This document shows positions 5,724 through 13,974 of a DNA stretch of 46,770 nucleotides, piece by piece (position 1 is the stretch's first letter; each line of letters opens with the position of its first letter). Source of the stretch: a virus (lineage: Duplodnaviria > Heunggongvirae > Uroviricota > Caudoviricetes). The stretch is from IMG/VR virus record IMGVR_UViG_2974624538_000001, positions 1 through 46,770 of that record; one strand, 5' to 3'. Under the pieces are notes generated by a model. That model saw only the letters and a list, made by a program, of their open reading frames with translations. It was not told where the DNA came from and did no database searches. A program made the position numbers and the translations under genes.

Positions 5724-6413
5724 TTAGTAGCCGCACTTCGGGGCGGTAACCCAATGAGATGCGCCTCTACCATTATTCCACAACTTCCAGAATGCTGCAT
5801 CTTGCTGTGCTGGCGAATAGTTCATCGCCTTACCTGGAAGTCCGGTCACACTCTGCCAAGTTCCGTCCATGAACTGATATGCTCCTGACGCTCCCGAGCT
5901 AGGATTTAGCGCTCGGTAGTTTCCACCTGACTCATACTTCCGGATACATGCAGCAATCCCTCCGGGCGCTACATGGTTATTACTGTTGTTTGTATTTGCT
6001 CTTGGCTGCTGGACCTTCGGCTTATATACGCGAGGCTTAGAATTTGCCTCACGCTGCTTTCTGGCCCTTTCAGCAGCAGCGGCTAGCTCAGCTCTTCGCT
6101 GTTCCTCCGCCTTACGGGCTGCTTCCTTTCGAGCCGCTTCTTCCTTAGCTCTCTTTTCTGCCTCAATGCGTTCTCGCTCAAGCCTTTCAGCGTGAGCTTT
6201 CTGCATAACCCGCTTCATTTGCGCCATTTCTTCTTCTGGAGAAATCAATGGCTGCCGCGTTTCGCTTCTGGAAGCCCTATGGTCTTCCTCACCACGGTCC
6301 GACTGGCTGTCGGCTGCTACGACAGGTCTTTCTGTATTACTCTCCACTACTACAAACGATGTAGTTCCTGCTACAGCAAGGATTGTGGCTAGTGTTGCGA
6401 ATGTTCTCTTCAT
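5724..6413 (-). CDS. Secreted lytic-transglycosylase-like protein (Rpf/SceD/IsaA-like) with coiled-coil linker
   Basis: N-terminal signal or anchor; E/K/R/A-rich coil; IRKYESGGNY..NPSSGASGAYQFMDGTW domain with catalytic Glu. Confidence 0.85.
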   Translation of the reverse strand: MKRTFATLATILAVAGTTSFVVVESNTERPVVAADSQSDRGEEDHRASRSETRQPLISPEEEMAQMKRVMQKAHAERLERERIEAEKRAKEEAARKEAARKAEEQRRAELAAAAERARKQREANSKPRVYKPKVQQPRANTNNSNNHVAPGGIAACIRKYESGGNYRALNPSSGASGAYQFMDGTWQSVTGLPGKAMNYSPAQQDAAFWKLWNNGRGASHWVTAPKCGY

Positions 6414-6444
6414 GAGACCTCCTTTGTCAGCAACGATTCATCTA

Positions 6445-6473
6445 ATGTACCAGAAGTGTCACAACTGTGCAAC
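6445..6473 (-). promoter_or_regulatory. Promoter TTGCAC-N17-TACATT for the minus-strand arm
   Basis: Motif and spacing upstream of AAGGAGG SD. Confidence 0.55.
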
Positions 6474-6506
6474 TATGATGTTGCGAAAAAACTTTGAAGT
6501 TAGCAC

Positions 6507-6536
6507 TTGACAGCAAGGAGAGACAGATGTTAGGGT
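6507..6536 (+). promoter_or_regulatory. Divergent promoter TTGACA-N18-TAGGGT
   Basis: Perfect -35 upstream of the GT genes. Confidence 0.6.
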
Positions 6537-6575
6537 ATTAATTACACTAGAAACAAAAGGAAGAAGAGTAAACAA

Positions 6576-7574
6576 TTGAGAGTAAGTTTCTATACAGTTA
6601 GAAGTAACTTGAAGACTGACAATGGCTACGGATATGCAGGCCATAATATCAGGAACAGTCTGGAGAAGCTTGGACATACTGTTAATTTTCACGATGAACA
6701 GGCTGATGTACAGCTTGATTTCTGTCAGCCCCCGCTATATGCACACTTTCCACGTCAATACAAGATTGGTTACACGCCCTGGGAGTCTACCTCTTTGCCT
6801 GAGGGATGGCTTGAGGGCTTTTCTTCTGTTGATGAAGTATGGACTACATCACAAAAGTGTAAAGAATGGTATGTAGACGCCGGGGTTTCTAAGCCAATTC
6901 ATGTATTTGAGCATGGAATTGAAGGAATTTGGTCTCCAAAGAAGAGAAATGTTCATAACAAACTGAAGTTTCTTCATATTGGTGAGCCTGCACCCAGAAA
7001 GGGTGGACAAATGGCTCTAGAGGCATTCCGTCTTGCATTCGGTAACCAAGATGATGTACATTTGACTATCAAGAGTAATGGAGAAAGCTCCGTTCGCGTC
7101 TATGCTTCATCTTTCCATCGTGGCGGACCACGAAGCATTCTCGGATTGCCCCACCAAGTTTATCAAAACGTTACTGTCATGACAGAATCTCTGTCTCTTG
7201 AGGAACTTGTAGGACTCTATCATAGCCATCACGCCCTTGTCTACCCATCCTGGGGAGAGGGATTTGGGCTGATTCCGCTACAGGGCCTTGCGACAGGAAT
7301 GCCAACGGTGTGCACGGGCGCATGGGCACCATATCAGAGATTTTTGGGGGATTTGAGCCTGGATTCTCGATTGGCAGATAGTAAGTGGTCAGGAATCCAT
7401 CCCGGAAAGATGTATGAACCTAGCCTTGACCATCTAGTTGAGCTTTACAGGAATATTTACGAGAATTATTCAGAATTGTCTAATACATTCTACAATAATT
7501 CCGAAAGAGTGCATTCTGAATACAATTGGGACACTCTTACAAAGAATGCTTTTGAACATTTGGAGAATAGATGA
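6576..7574 (+). CDS. Glycosyltransferase, GT-B fold, GT4-like
   Basis: FLHIG...RKGG and LVYPSWGEGFGLIPLQGLATGMP motifs. Confidence 0.9.
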   Translation: MRVSFYTVRSNLKTDNGYGYAGHNIRNSLEKLGHTVNFHDEQADVQLDFCQPPLYAHFPRQYKIGYTPWESTSLPEGWLEGFSSVDEVWTTSQKCKEWYVDAGVSKPIHVFEHGIEGIWSPKKRNVHNKLKFLHIGEPAPRKGGQMALEAFRLAFGNQDDVHLTIKSNGESSVRVYASSFHRGGPRSILGLPHQVYQNVTVMTESLSLEELVGLYHSHHALVYPSWGEGFGLIPLQGLATGMPTVCTGAWAPYQRFLGDLSLDSRLADSKWSGIHPGKMYEPSLDHLVELYRNIYENYSELSNTFYNNSERVHSEYNWDTLTKNAFEHLENR

Positions 7575-8551
7575 AGATTTCCTTTCATACGATTAAGGAA
7601 AACTTGGATACAACGCGTGGATATGGCGCTGCGGGATTTAAGATGGTTACCTCTCTTCAAGAACTTGGACATGAGGTTCCATTTGACGATGCTAGTGCAC
7701 CTGTACAGATTTCTTGGAACCCGCCGCATTGGTACAAGTTCCACGAAGGACAGTACCGTATCGGATACACACCTTGGGAGTCAACTGAGCTTCCTGATGG
7801 CTGGCTTAAGGCTATGAACAACTGTGACGAGGTTTGGGCAACTTCAGAATGGGTTGCAAACGTCTATGAAATGGCTGGGGTCAAGAGACCCGTCTATGTA
7901 TATGAGCATGGCCTAGACAAAAGATGGGAGCCCAGGAAGAGGCAGTCCGGAGAAGTGACCAAGTTCCTTCACATGGGAGAACCAGCTCTTCGTAAGGGCG
8001 GTCAGATGACTGTAGAGGCGTTCCGGGCGGTTTTCGGAGACAGAGAAGACGTTCACCTTACGATTAAGGCTTATCACCAGCACTTTTTGAGGGTCTGGAA
8101 GGATGGTGAGATTACAACTCCAGATAAGGCATACAACAATGTCACTGTAATCACAGAGCAGATGCACTTTGGTGAGCTTTTGAATCTGTACTATGACCAC
8201 GACGTTCTAGTTTATCCTTCGTATGGTGAAGGCTTTGGATTCATTCCTCTTCAGGCTATGGGAACTGGAATGCCGGTTATCTCAACGTGGGAATGGGCTC
8301 CATACAAGGACAGGTTGCCAGAGTCTTTGAAGTTGAATGGTAAGTGGAATAGGAGCATTTGGGCTTTGCATCCCGGAGACGTTCTTTATCCAAACTATGA
8401 TGAGCTTAAGATGCTTATGGATAGATTCATGACTTATAAAGAGCAGTACCAAAAGGATGCATTTGAGGCTGCTCCGTTCATTCATGACGACTATGATTGG
8501 GTGAGAAAGACTGAAAAGGCATTCAGACATCTCACACTCAAGTTTACATAA
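7571..8551 (+). CDS. Glycosyltransferase, GT-B fold, GT4-like; paralogue of the preceding gene
   Basis: FLHMG...RKGG and LVYPSYGEGFGFIPLQAMGTGMP motifs; co-linear with 6576..7574. Confidence 0.9.
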   Translation: MKISFHTIKENLDTTRGYGAAGFKMVTSLQELGHEVPFDDASAPVQISWNPPHWYKFHEGQYRIGYTPWESTELPDGWLKAMNNCDEVWATSEWVANVYEMAGVKRPVYVYEHGLDKRWEPRKRQSGEVTKFLHMGEPALRKGGQMTVEAFRAVFGDREDVHLTIKAYHQHFLRVWKDGEITTPDKAYNNVTVITEQMHFGELLNLYYDHDVLVYPSYGEGFGFIPLQAMGTGMPVISTWEWAPYKDRLPESLKLNGKWNRSIWALHPGDVLYPNYDELKMLMDRFMTYKEQYQKDAFEAAPFIHDDYDWVRKTEKAFRHLTLKFT

Positions 8552-8574
8552 CTGTGACAAAAAACTTAGTGAAA

Positions 8575-8599
8575 ACCCCCGCACACTAACTGCGGGGGT
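8575..8599 (+). terminator. GC-rich hairpin after the GT pair
   Basis: ACCCCCGCA/TGCGGGGGT stem; weak U-tract. Confidence 0.55.
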
Positions 8600-8614
8600 G
8601 TTACTATAGAAGAA

Positions 8615-8630
8615 CCACAACATATCGTAT
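8615..8630 (+). promoter_or_regulatory. NrdR-box-like operator CCACAACATATCGTAT
   Basis: 12/16 to acaCwAtATaTwGtgt with all strongly conserved positions present; directly upstream of nrdJ. Confidence 0.6.
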
Positions 8631-8668
8631 ACAGACCCGGATAGGGGTCAGAAGGAGTTTTGCTTTTT

Positions 8669-10612
8669 ATGGATTTCATTGACGCCGAGGGTCGTATTAC
8701 TGACCCTTACCGTAACTTTATTCACTTGTCTCGCTACTCAAGGTGGCTAGAAGACAAGGGACGCCGAGAGACTTGGGTTGAGACGGTCGATAGATACATT
8801 GACTTTATGCTTGACCACCTAAAGAAGAATAATGGATACATTCCTCCGGATGAGCATGTTCTGCTTGTTCGGAACTTTATTCTGGAGCATCGAGCACTAC
8901 CGTCTATGCGTGCTTTGATGACCGCAGGACCAGCCCTTGAGCGTAACAACATTGCTGGATACAACTGTTCTTATGTCGTTGTTGACAATCCCGTCGCATT
9001 TGACGAGATTCTTTACATCCTCATGAATGGAACCGGAGTCGGATTCTCTTGTGAAGAGCAGTACGTTTCTCAGCTCCCTGTAATTCCTCAGCTTCATGAG
9101 TCAGACAATGTTATTGTCGTTGAAGATTCAAAGGAGGGTTGGGCACATGCTTATCACGACCTAGTTCATGGATTGTACAATGGTGTAATTCAGAAGTGGG
9201 ATGTGAGCAAGGTTCGCCCTGCTGGAGCACGCCTTAAGACTTTTGGTGGTCGTGCGTCTGGACCAGACCCGCTTGTTGAGCTATTCGAATTCACCGTTTC
9301 AACATTCCTTAAGGCACAGGGACGCAAGTTGACTGACCTAGAGGCTCACGACATTGTTTGCGAAATTGCAAGCGTCGTTGTTGTTGGTGGAGTTCGACGT
9401 TCCGCTCTCATTTCTCTCGGAGACCTTGGTTCCGAGGGACATCGTTCCGCAAAGTCCGGAGCTTGGTGGGAGAAGAACGGTCAGCGCGCTCTAGCAAATA
9501 ACTCAGCGGTCTTTGATTCAAAGCCTAGCCGAGAGGTGTTTGACAATGAGTGGCAGGCTCTAATTGATTCTGGTTCTGGTGAGCGAGGCATCTTCAACCG
9601 TGAGGCTTCTCGTAAGCAGGCAGCAAAGTTTGGTCGTCGTTCTCATGATATTGAGTATGGAACAAATCCATGTTCAGAAATCATTCTTCGTCCAAATCAG
9701 TTCTGTAATCTATCAACTGTCGTAGTTGACGCTGATGACACGTACATCATGCTTGCTGCAAAGGTTCGAGCTGCTACGATTCTTGGTACTTGGCAGTCTA
9801 CAATGACTAACTTTAAGTACCTGCGCCCACTTTGGAAGCAGAACACAGAAGAGGAAAGGCTTCTCGGAGTTTCAATGACTGGACCGTTTGGCAACAAGTT
9901 GCTTAATGGCACCATTTCATTCCAGAAGACTGAGGACATTCTTGTTTCGCTTCGTTATGAGGCTATCAGAATGAATGAGATTGTTGCTGACGAGATTGGA
10001 ATTCCTCGCGCGGCTGCGATTACCTGTGTTAAGCCTGAAGGAACAACTTCTCAGCTTACACTAACATCGTCTGGTCTTCATGCATGGCACAATGAGCACT
10101 ACATTAGAACTGTTCGCGGTGACCGTAAGGACCCACTAAGTCAGTTCCTTATCGATTCTGGATTCCCATACGAGCCAGATGTGATGAATCCTGAGAACAC
10201 TGTTGTATTCTCATTCCCAATTAAGGCTCCGGAGGGTGCAATCGTTCGTCGTGAGCTTGACGCAAAGCGCCACCTTGATTTGTGGCTTTTGTATCAGCGA
10301 GCATGGTGTGAGCACAAGCCTTCGGTTACGATTTATGTTCGTCCAGAAGAGTGGGCTGAGGTTGGAGATTGGGTATATGAGAACTTTGATGAGGTTTCTG
10401 GAATTTCCTTCCTTCCTCTTTCAGAGCACACATACCAGCAGGCTCCATACCAGGACATTACTGTTGATGAATATAACGAATGGGTAACTAGAATTCCTCA
10501 GGATGTTGATTGGGATATGCTTTCTTCATATGAACTTGAGGATACCACTACGGGAACGCAGGAACTTGCTTGTTCAGCAGGAAACTGTGATGTCGTAGAT
10601 ATCTCAAAGTAA
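8669..10612 (+). CDS. nrdJ: Class II (adenosylcobalamin-dependent) ribonucleotide reductase
   Basis: TNPCSEI, TCVKPEGT and C-terminal CSAGNC redox pair; no class I beta subunit nearby; ATG 8669 fits the SD better than TTG 8660. Confidence 0.92.
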   Translation: MDFIDAEGRITDPYRNFIHLSRYSRWLEDKGRRETWVETVDRYIDFMLDHLKKNNGYIPPDEHVLLVRNFILEHRALPSMRALMTAGPALERNNIAGYNCSYVVVDNPVAFDEILYILMNGTGVGFSCEEQYVSQLPVIPQLHESDNVIVVEDSKEGWAHAYHDLVHGLYNGVIQKWDVSKVRPAGARLKTFGGRASGPDPLVELFEFTVSTFLKAQGRKLTDLEAHDIVCEIASVVVVGGVRRSALISLGDLGSEGHRSAKSGAWWEKNGQRALANNSAVFDSKPSREVFDNEWQALIDSGSGERGIFNREASRKQAAKFGRRSHDIEYGTNPCSEIILRPNQFCNLSTVVVDADDTYIMLAAKVRAATILGTWQSTMTNFKYLRPLWKQNTEEERLLGVSMTGPFGNKLLNGTISFQKTEDILVSLRYEAIRMNEIVADEIGIPRAAAITCVKPEGTTSQLTLTSSGLHAWHNEHYIRTVRGDRKDPLSQFLIDSGFPYEPDVMNPENTVVFSFPIKAPEGAIVRRELDAKRHLDLWLLYQRAWCEHKPSVTIYVRPEEWAEVGDWVYENFDEVSGISFLPLSEHTYQQAPYQDITVDEYNEWVTRIPQDVDWDMLSSYELEDTTTGTQELACSAGNCDVVDISK

Positions 10613-10624
10613 GAATTAGCTTAG

Positions 10625-10652
10625 AACCCCGCCAAATCGGCGGGGTTTCTTT
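10625..10652 (+). terminator. Intrinsic terminator after nrdJ
   Basis: AACCCCGCC/GGCGGGGTT stem plus TCTTT. Confidence 0.8.
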
Positions 10653-10679
10653 GCGTTTATGGGCTATACCCCTTATACT
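10651..10679 (+). promoter_or_regulatory. Endolysin promoter TTGCGT-N17-TATACT
   Basis: Motif and spacing. Confidence 0.7.
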
Positions 10680-10703
10680 ATACGAAGGAGGTGAAAGACA
10701 AAT

Positions 10704-11720
10704 ATGGCAACACCTATGACATCCTCACAGATTGTAGCTCAGCTAAAGAAGTGGGGAATCAAGTACGCAGAGTATAAGAGCTGGAAGACACATAATCGTA
10801 ACCATATGGGAGCTTGGGGTCCTGTTCACGGATTCATGGTTCACCACACGGGTAGCGATTCAAAGGACCAGAGAGCACTACTTTATGACGGTATCAGTGG
10901 ACTACCAGGCCCATTGTGCCACTTCGGTCTTGCACAGGACGGAACTGTCCATCTAATTGGATGGGGACGTGCAAATCACGCTGGTTCGGGTGACCCAGAC
11001 GTTCTCAATGCAGTGATTAATGAAAGTTACGGAGCAAATCCACCAGTAGACAATCAGTCTACCGTTGATGGAAATGCACGTTTCTATGGAGTAGAAATTT
11101 GGTATTCTGGTAGTCACAAGATGACAGATGCACAGTATGCAACGCTTCGTAAGCTTGCTGCTGCTATTTGTGATTTCCACGGATGGTCAGAAAAGAGCGT
11201 TATCGGTCACGGTGAATGGGGAAGCCCAGGAAAGTGGGACCCAGGTATTTCATCTGGAAAGATGATGAATATGGCAGAAGTTCGTGCAGACATCAAGGCA
11301 ACACTTGGTGGAAGTAAGGAGCCTGACCCAGTTCCATCTAAGCCAGCAGATTCAGCAGGTACACATACAGTTGTTAAGGGAGAAACCCTTTGGGCTATTG
11401 CTAACAAGTATAAGGTAAGTGTTGATAACCTAAAGAAGTGGAATAGCCTTAAGTCAGATGAGCTATCTGTCGGACAGAAGCTCAAGGTAAAGGCTCCAGC
11501 TTCTTCCGGAGGAGGAACATCTACAGTGGCAAAGAAGGACGCAACTTACAAGTCCGTTTGGGACCTTGATGTAGCAACCCCACCAAAGGGACGCGAGACC
11601 AAGGAAAACCCAACTTGGGCACCAGCCAGCATTCTTCGTGGAATTTACGAAAACCTTGATGCATTGACAAAGAAGGTTGACGAGCTTTCCAAGAAGATTG
11701 ACGCACTCCAGTCTAAGTGA
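10704..11720 (+). CDS. Endolysin: Amidase_2 N-acetylmuramoyl-L-alanine amidase + LysM + C-terminal coiled coil
   Basis: MVHHTG, HAG, GVEI, IGHGEW..KWDP amidase motifs; HTVVKGETLWAIANKY LysM. Confidence 0.93.
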   Translation: MATPMTSSQIVAQLKKWGIKYAEYKSWKTHNRNHMGAWGPVHGFMVHHTGSDSKDQRALLYDGISGLPGPLCHFGLAQDGTVHLIGWGRANHAGSGDPDVLNAVINESYGANPPVDNQSTVDGNARFYGVEIWYSGSHKMTDAQYATLRKLAAAICDFHGWSEKSVIGHGEWGSPGKWDPGISSGKMMNMAEVRADIKATLGGSKEPDPVPSKPADSAGTHTVVKGETLWAIANKYKVSVDNLKKWNSLKSDELSVGQKLKVKAPASSGGGTSTVAKKDATYKSVWDLDVATPPKGRETKENPTWAPASILRGIYENLDALTKKVDELSKKIDALQSK

Positions 11721-11726
11721 TACAAT
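11698..11726 (+). promoter_or_regulatory. Promoter TTGACG-N17-TACAAT
   Basis: Near-consensus; precedes a non-coding structured segment. Confidence 0.75.
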
Positions 11727-11732
11727 CTAAGT

Positions 11733-11835
11733 ACAGCCTATGGAAATGAGTCCGGGTTGTCTAGGGCGCTGCGTGCAGCGTTATCTTAGGATGGAAATAT
11801 AATTACCGTCATCGGCCCCGTCTTCGGATGGGGCC
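11733..11835 (+). ncRNA. Candidate four-hairpin small RNA of unknown family
   Basis: Own promoter; consecutive stems ending in GGCCCCGTC-TTCG-GATGGGGCC; next gene has a separate promoter. Confidence 0.45.
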
Positions 11836-11875
11836 ATTGGCGTTTTCTGATGTATTCCGGTATAATTCAAATACA

Positions 11876-13570
11876 ATGACTTATATTTACCACGTAAAAA
11901 GTGAAGGTCCCATCGGACTATGGTCCTTTGACTCGCTTCCTCTGACTGATGATTCTGGATATGGCAACAATGCTACGTATTCTGGAACGCCAACAACAAC
12001 CCGCCCAATTGTCGCGGGTGGTGTTGCTGCGCAGTCAATCACTTCAGATGACACAGTGAATTATCCAATCGGCTCGGTAATGATTGCTGGTAGAGAGACC
12101 AGAGCATTCTCCCTTGAAGCCTGGATTAAGCCTCAGGCAGGGAACGTAGCTATTTTGGCACGAGACGACAGTGGTCTTTTCTTGGAAGGGATGAACCTTA
12201 GATTCTCCCTAGCTTTTGGCACGACCATTGATGCAGAGTACAAGCATTTGAGCCCCGGTAATGTATATCATGTTGTCGGAGCTTATGATGGAGCATCGAT
12301 TTCACTTTATGTGAATGGTCAAATTGTTGCCAGTTCAGAGATTGATACTTCTGTTATTAATACTGGCTTTTCCGATACAACGGCAAATCTTAAGACGACA
12401 GCCACGTCCTCAATCGTTATTGATACCCCCGGCGTATATAATTACGCACTAGATTCATCTGCAATTAATAGGCATTACTACAAGGGAATTGACTATCCTG
12501 AAGTAATTAACCTTTCGCTGAATAACGGAGGTAAGTATTACGAGTTTTCAGACCAGCACGTTTCTGTTTACGGCAAGGTCTCTTTCGGAGAGACTGACTC
12601 TTGGACCGTTGGCCTTTTGGACCCTTCTTTGGCAGAGGTTGATAACAGATTGGTAAACCTATATGACGAAACTTCGGATTCGTACATTGGGGGCGTGTGG
12701 ACATATCAGTATTCTGTTGATTCTGATACGGGAGCGGGAATTACACTAAATGGTTCTAGAATCACATGGGAATCTCTAGACACCATCACAGTAGAAACAT
12801 CACTGGATGATGTAACATGGACTCCAGTCACCAATGGCTCATCAATTGTGGGCACGGAAAACTTGTCGGATGGATATGCAATTTCTGTCCGGGTTACTGT
12901 ACCAACAACTACAGAACAAACCTATGTTGATAACCTTAAGATTGTATTTTACACAAACAAGTCAGTTATCGGCAGTGATGAATCCCTTCCGGCTACTTTT
13001 GTGGACCCTCTTACAGTGACGCTATCTGATGAGTCATTTGACCCAGCAAGCTTTAATGACAACATCGGAGTTTTGCTACCAGCAAATAACGGATTGTCAA
13101 TTCCAGCAGACACCGACTTCGACCCATATACAGCCGTTGAAATGACAGTGAGGTTTGAGTCTAGTGCTGCAAGCAAGGCGGTTCTTTCTGTAGGCTCTGC
13201 TTCTATTACAACCAACGGAAGTGGCCAGTGGGTATTTTCTGGACTGACAGCGCTTTATGTAGATGGTGTTGCGGTAACCTCACCAGCCACCCTTGCGCCA
13301 GGATTGTGGCATCACGTGCTTGCGGTATTTCCGGCTACAACTTCTCAGGTTTATGTAGGAAATAATTCCGGAGGTTCTGCCGGGTATCCCATGAGACTTG
13401 GGTACCTAGCTCTTTACGCAGACCCTATCACAGCAGCGATGGCAGATGCAATCTTTGATACTTGGGTTGGTACAGCAGCTATTCGAGTAACTGAATCGGC
13501 TATTGCAAACGTTACAGAAAATGGATATAGAGGATATTCCTTTGATTGGTCAATCACTGGTGCAGGATGA
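11876..13570 (+). CDS. LamG/ConA-like lectin-domain virion protein (start likely 11876)
   Basis: GLWSFD, FSLEAWIKP and YHVVGAYDG LamG motifs; second WHHV repeat; TATAAT 9 nt before ATG. Confidence 0.8.
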   Translation: MTYIYHVKSEGPIGLWSFDSLPLTDDSGYGNNATYSGTPTTTRPIVAGGVAAQSITSDDTVNYPIGSVMIAGRETRAFSLEAWIKPQAGNVAILARDDSGLFLEGMNLRFSLAFGTTIDAEYKHLSPGNVYHVVGAYDGASISLYVNGQIVASSEIDTSVINTGFSDTTANLKTTATSSIVIDTPGVYNYALDSSAINRHYYKGIDYPEVINLSLNNGGKYYEFSDQHVSVYGKVSFGETDSWTVGLLDPSLAEVDNRLVNLYDETSDSYIGGVWTYQYSVDSDTGAGITLNGSRITWESLDTITVETSLDDVTWTPVTNGSSIVGTENLSDGYAISVRVTVPTTTEQTYVDNLKIVFYTNKSVIGSDESLPATFVDPLTVTLSDESFDPASFNDNIGVLLPANNGLSIPADTDFDPYTAVEMTVRFESSAASKAVLSVGSASITTNGSGQWVFSGLTALYVDGVAVTSPATLAPGLWHHVLAVFPATTSQVYVGNNSGGSAGYPMRLGYLALYADPITAAMADAIFDTWVGTAAIRVTESAIANVTENGYRGYSFDWSITGAG

Positions 13571-13656
13571 TGACAGAAATCGATGCTAACTTTGATTTTT
13601 GACGCATTTCGAACCACAATTTGCCCTTAAGTAAAGGTAAAGGTATAATTCTAATC

Positions 13657-13974
13657 ATGAAGACTACAAGAAAGCAAATCGTAGAAGAGGTCCCCTGGGG
13701 CGTATATGTCTGGGAAATGCCTGATGGTCGCTGGATTGGCGACGATGAAGGTAATTTCTTGAATATCGCCTCCATGAAGGGTGACCGAAAGCGACTCCAG
13801 CAGCTTAAGGATGCTGTTCGCTCTTACGGCATTACCGAAGGTAAGCCGTTCTTTCTGTCTGGACACAGGCAGGTTGATGATGAAGAATTTGAAAACCAGA
13901 AGCGCCGCATGGCATTTGGTCTAGTTCCAGATGAACTTGATGTGGCGGCTTTCAGAGAGGGTCAGGCTAAGTAA
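13657..13974 (+). CDS. Hypothetical protein preceding portal (leaderless start at 13657)
   Basis: TTGCCC-N17-TATAAT at 13621-13649, then 7 nt to ATG; TAATG coupling to portal. Confidence 0.75.
   Translation: MKTTRKQIVEEVPWGVYVWEMPDGRWIGDDEGNFLNIASMKGDRKRLQQLKDAVRSYGITEGKPFFLSGHRQVDDEEFENQKRRMAFGLVPDELDVAAFREGQAK

Noticed and set aside
773-8559. TGTGACA in three intergenic regions (784, 6457, 8553) as Crp sites
   Set aside because: None forms TGTGA-N6-TCACA; three 7-mers are too weak
11740-11802. 20-codon ORF MEMSPGCLGRCVQRYLRMEI
   Set aside because: No SD, not at the predicted +1, buried in stable stems; kept only as an alternative to the ncRNA
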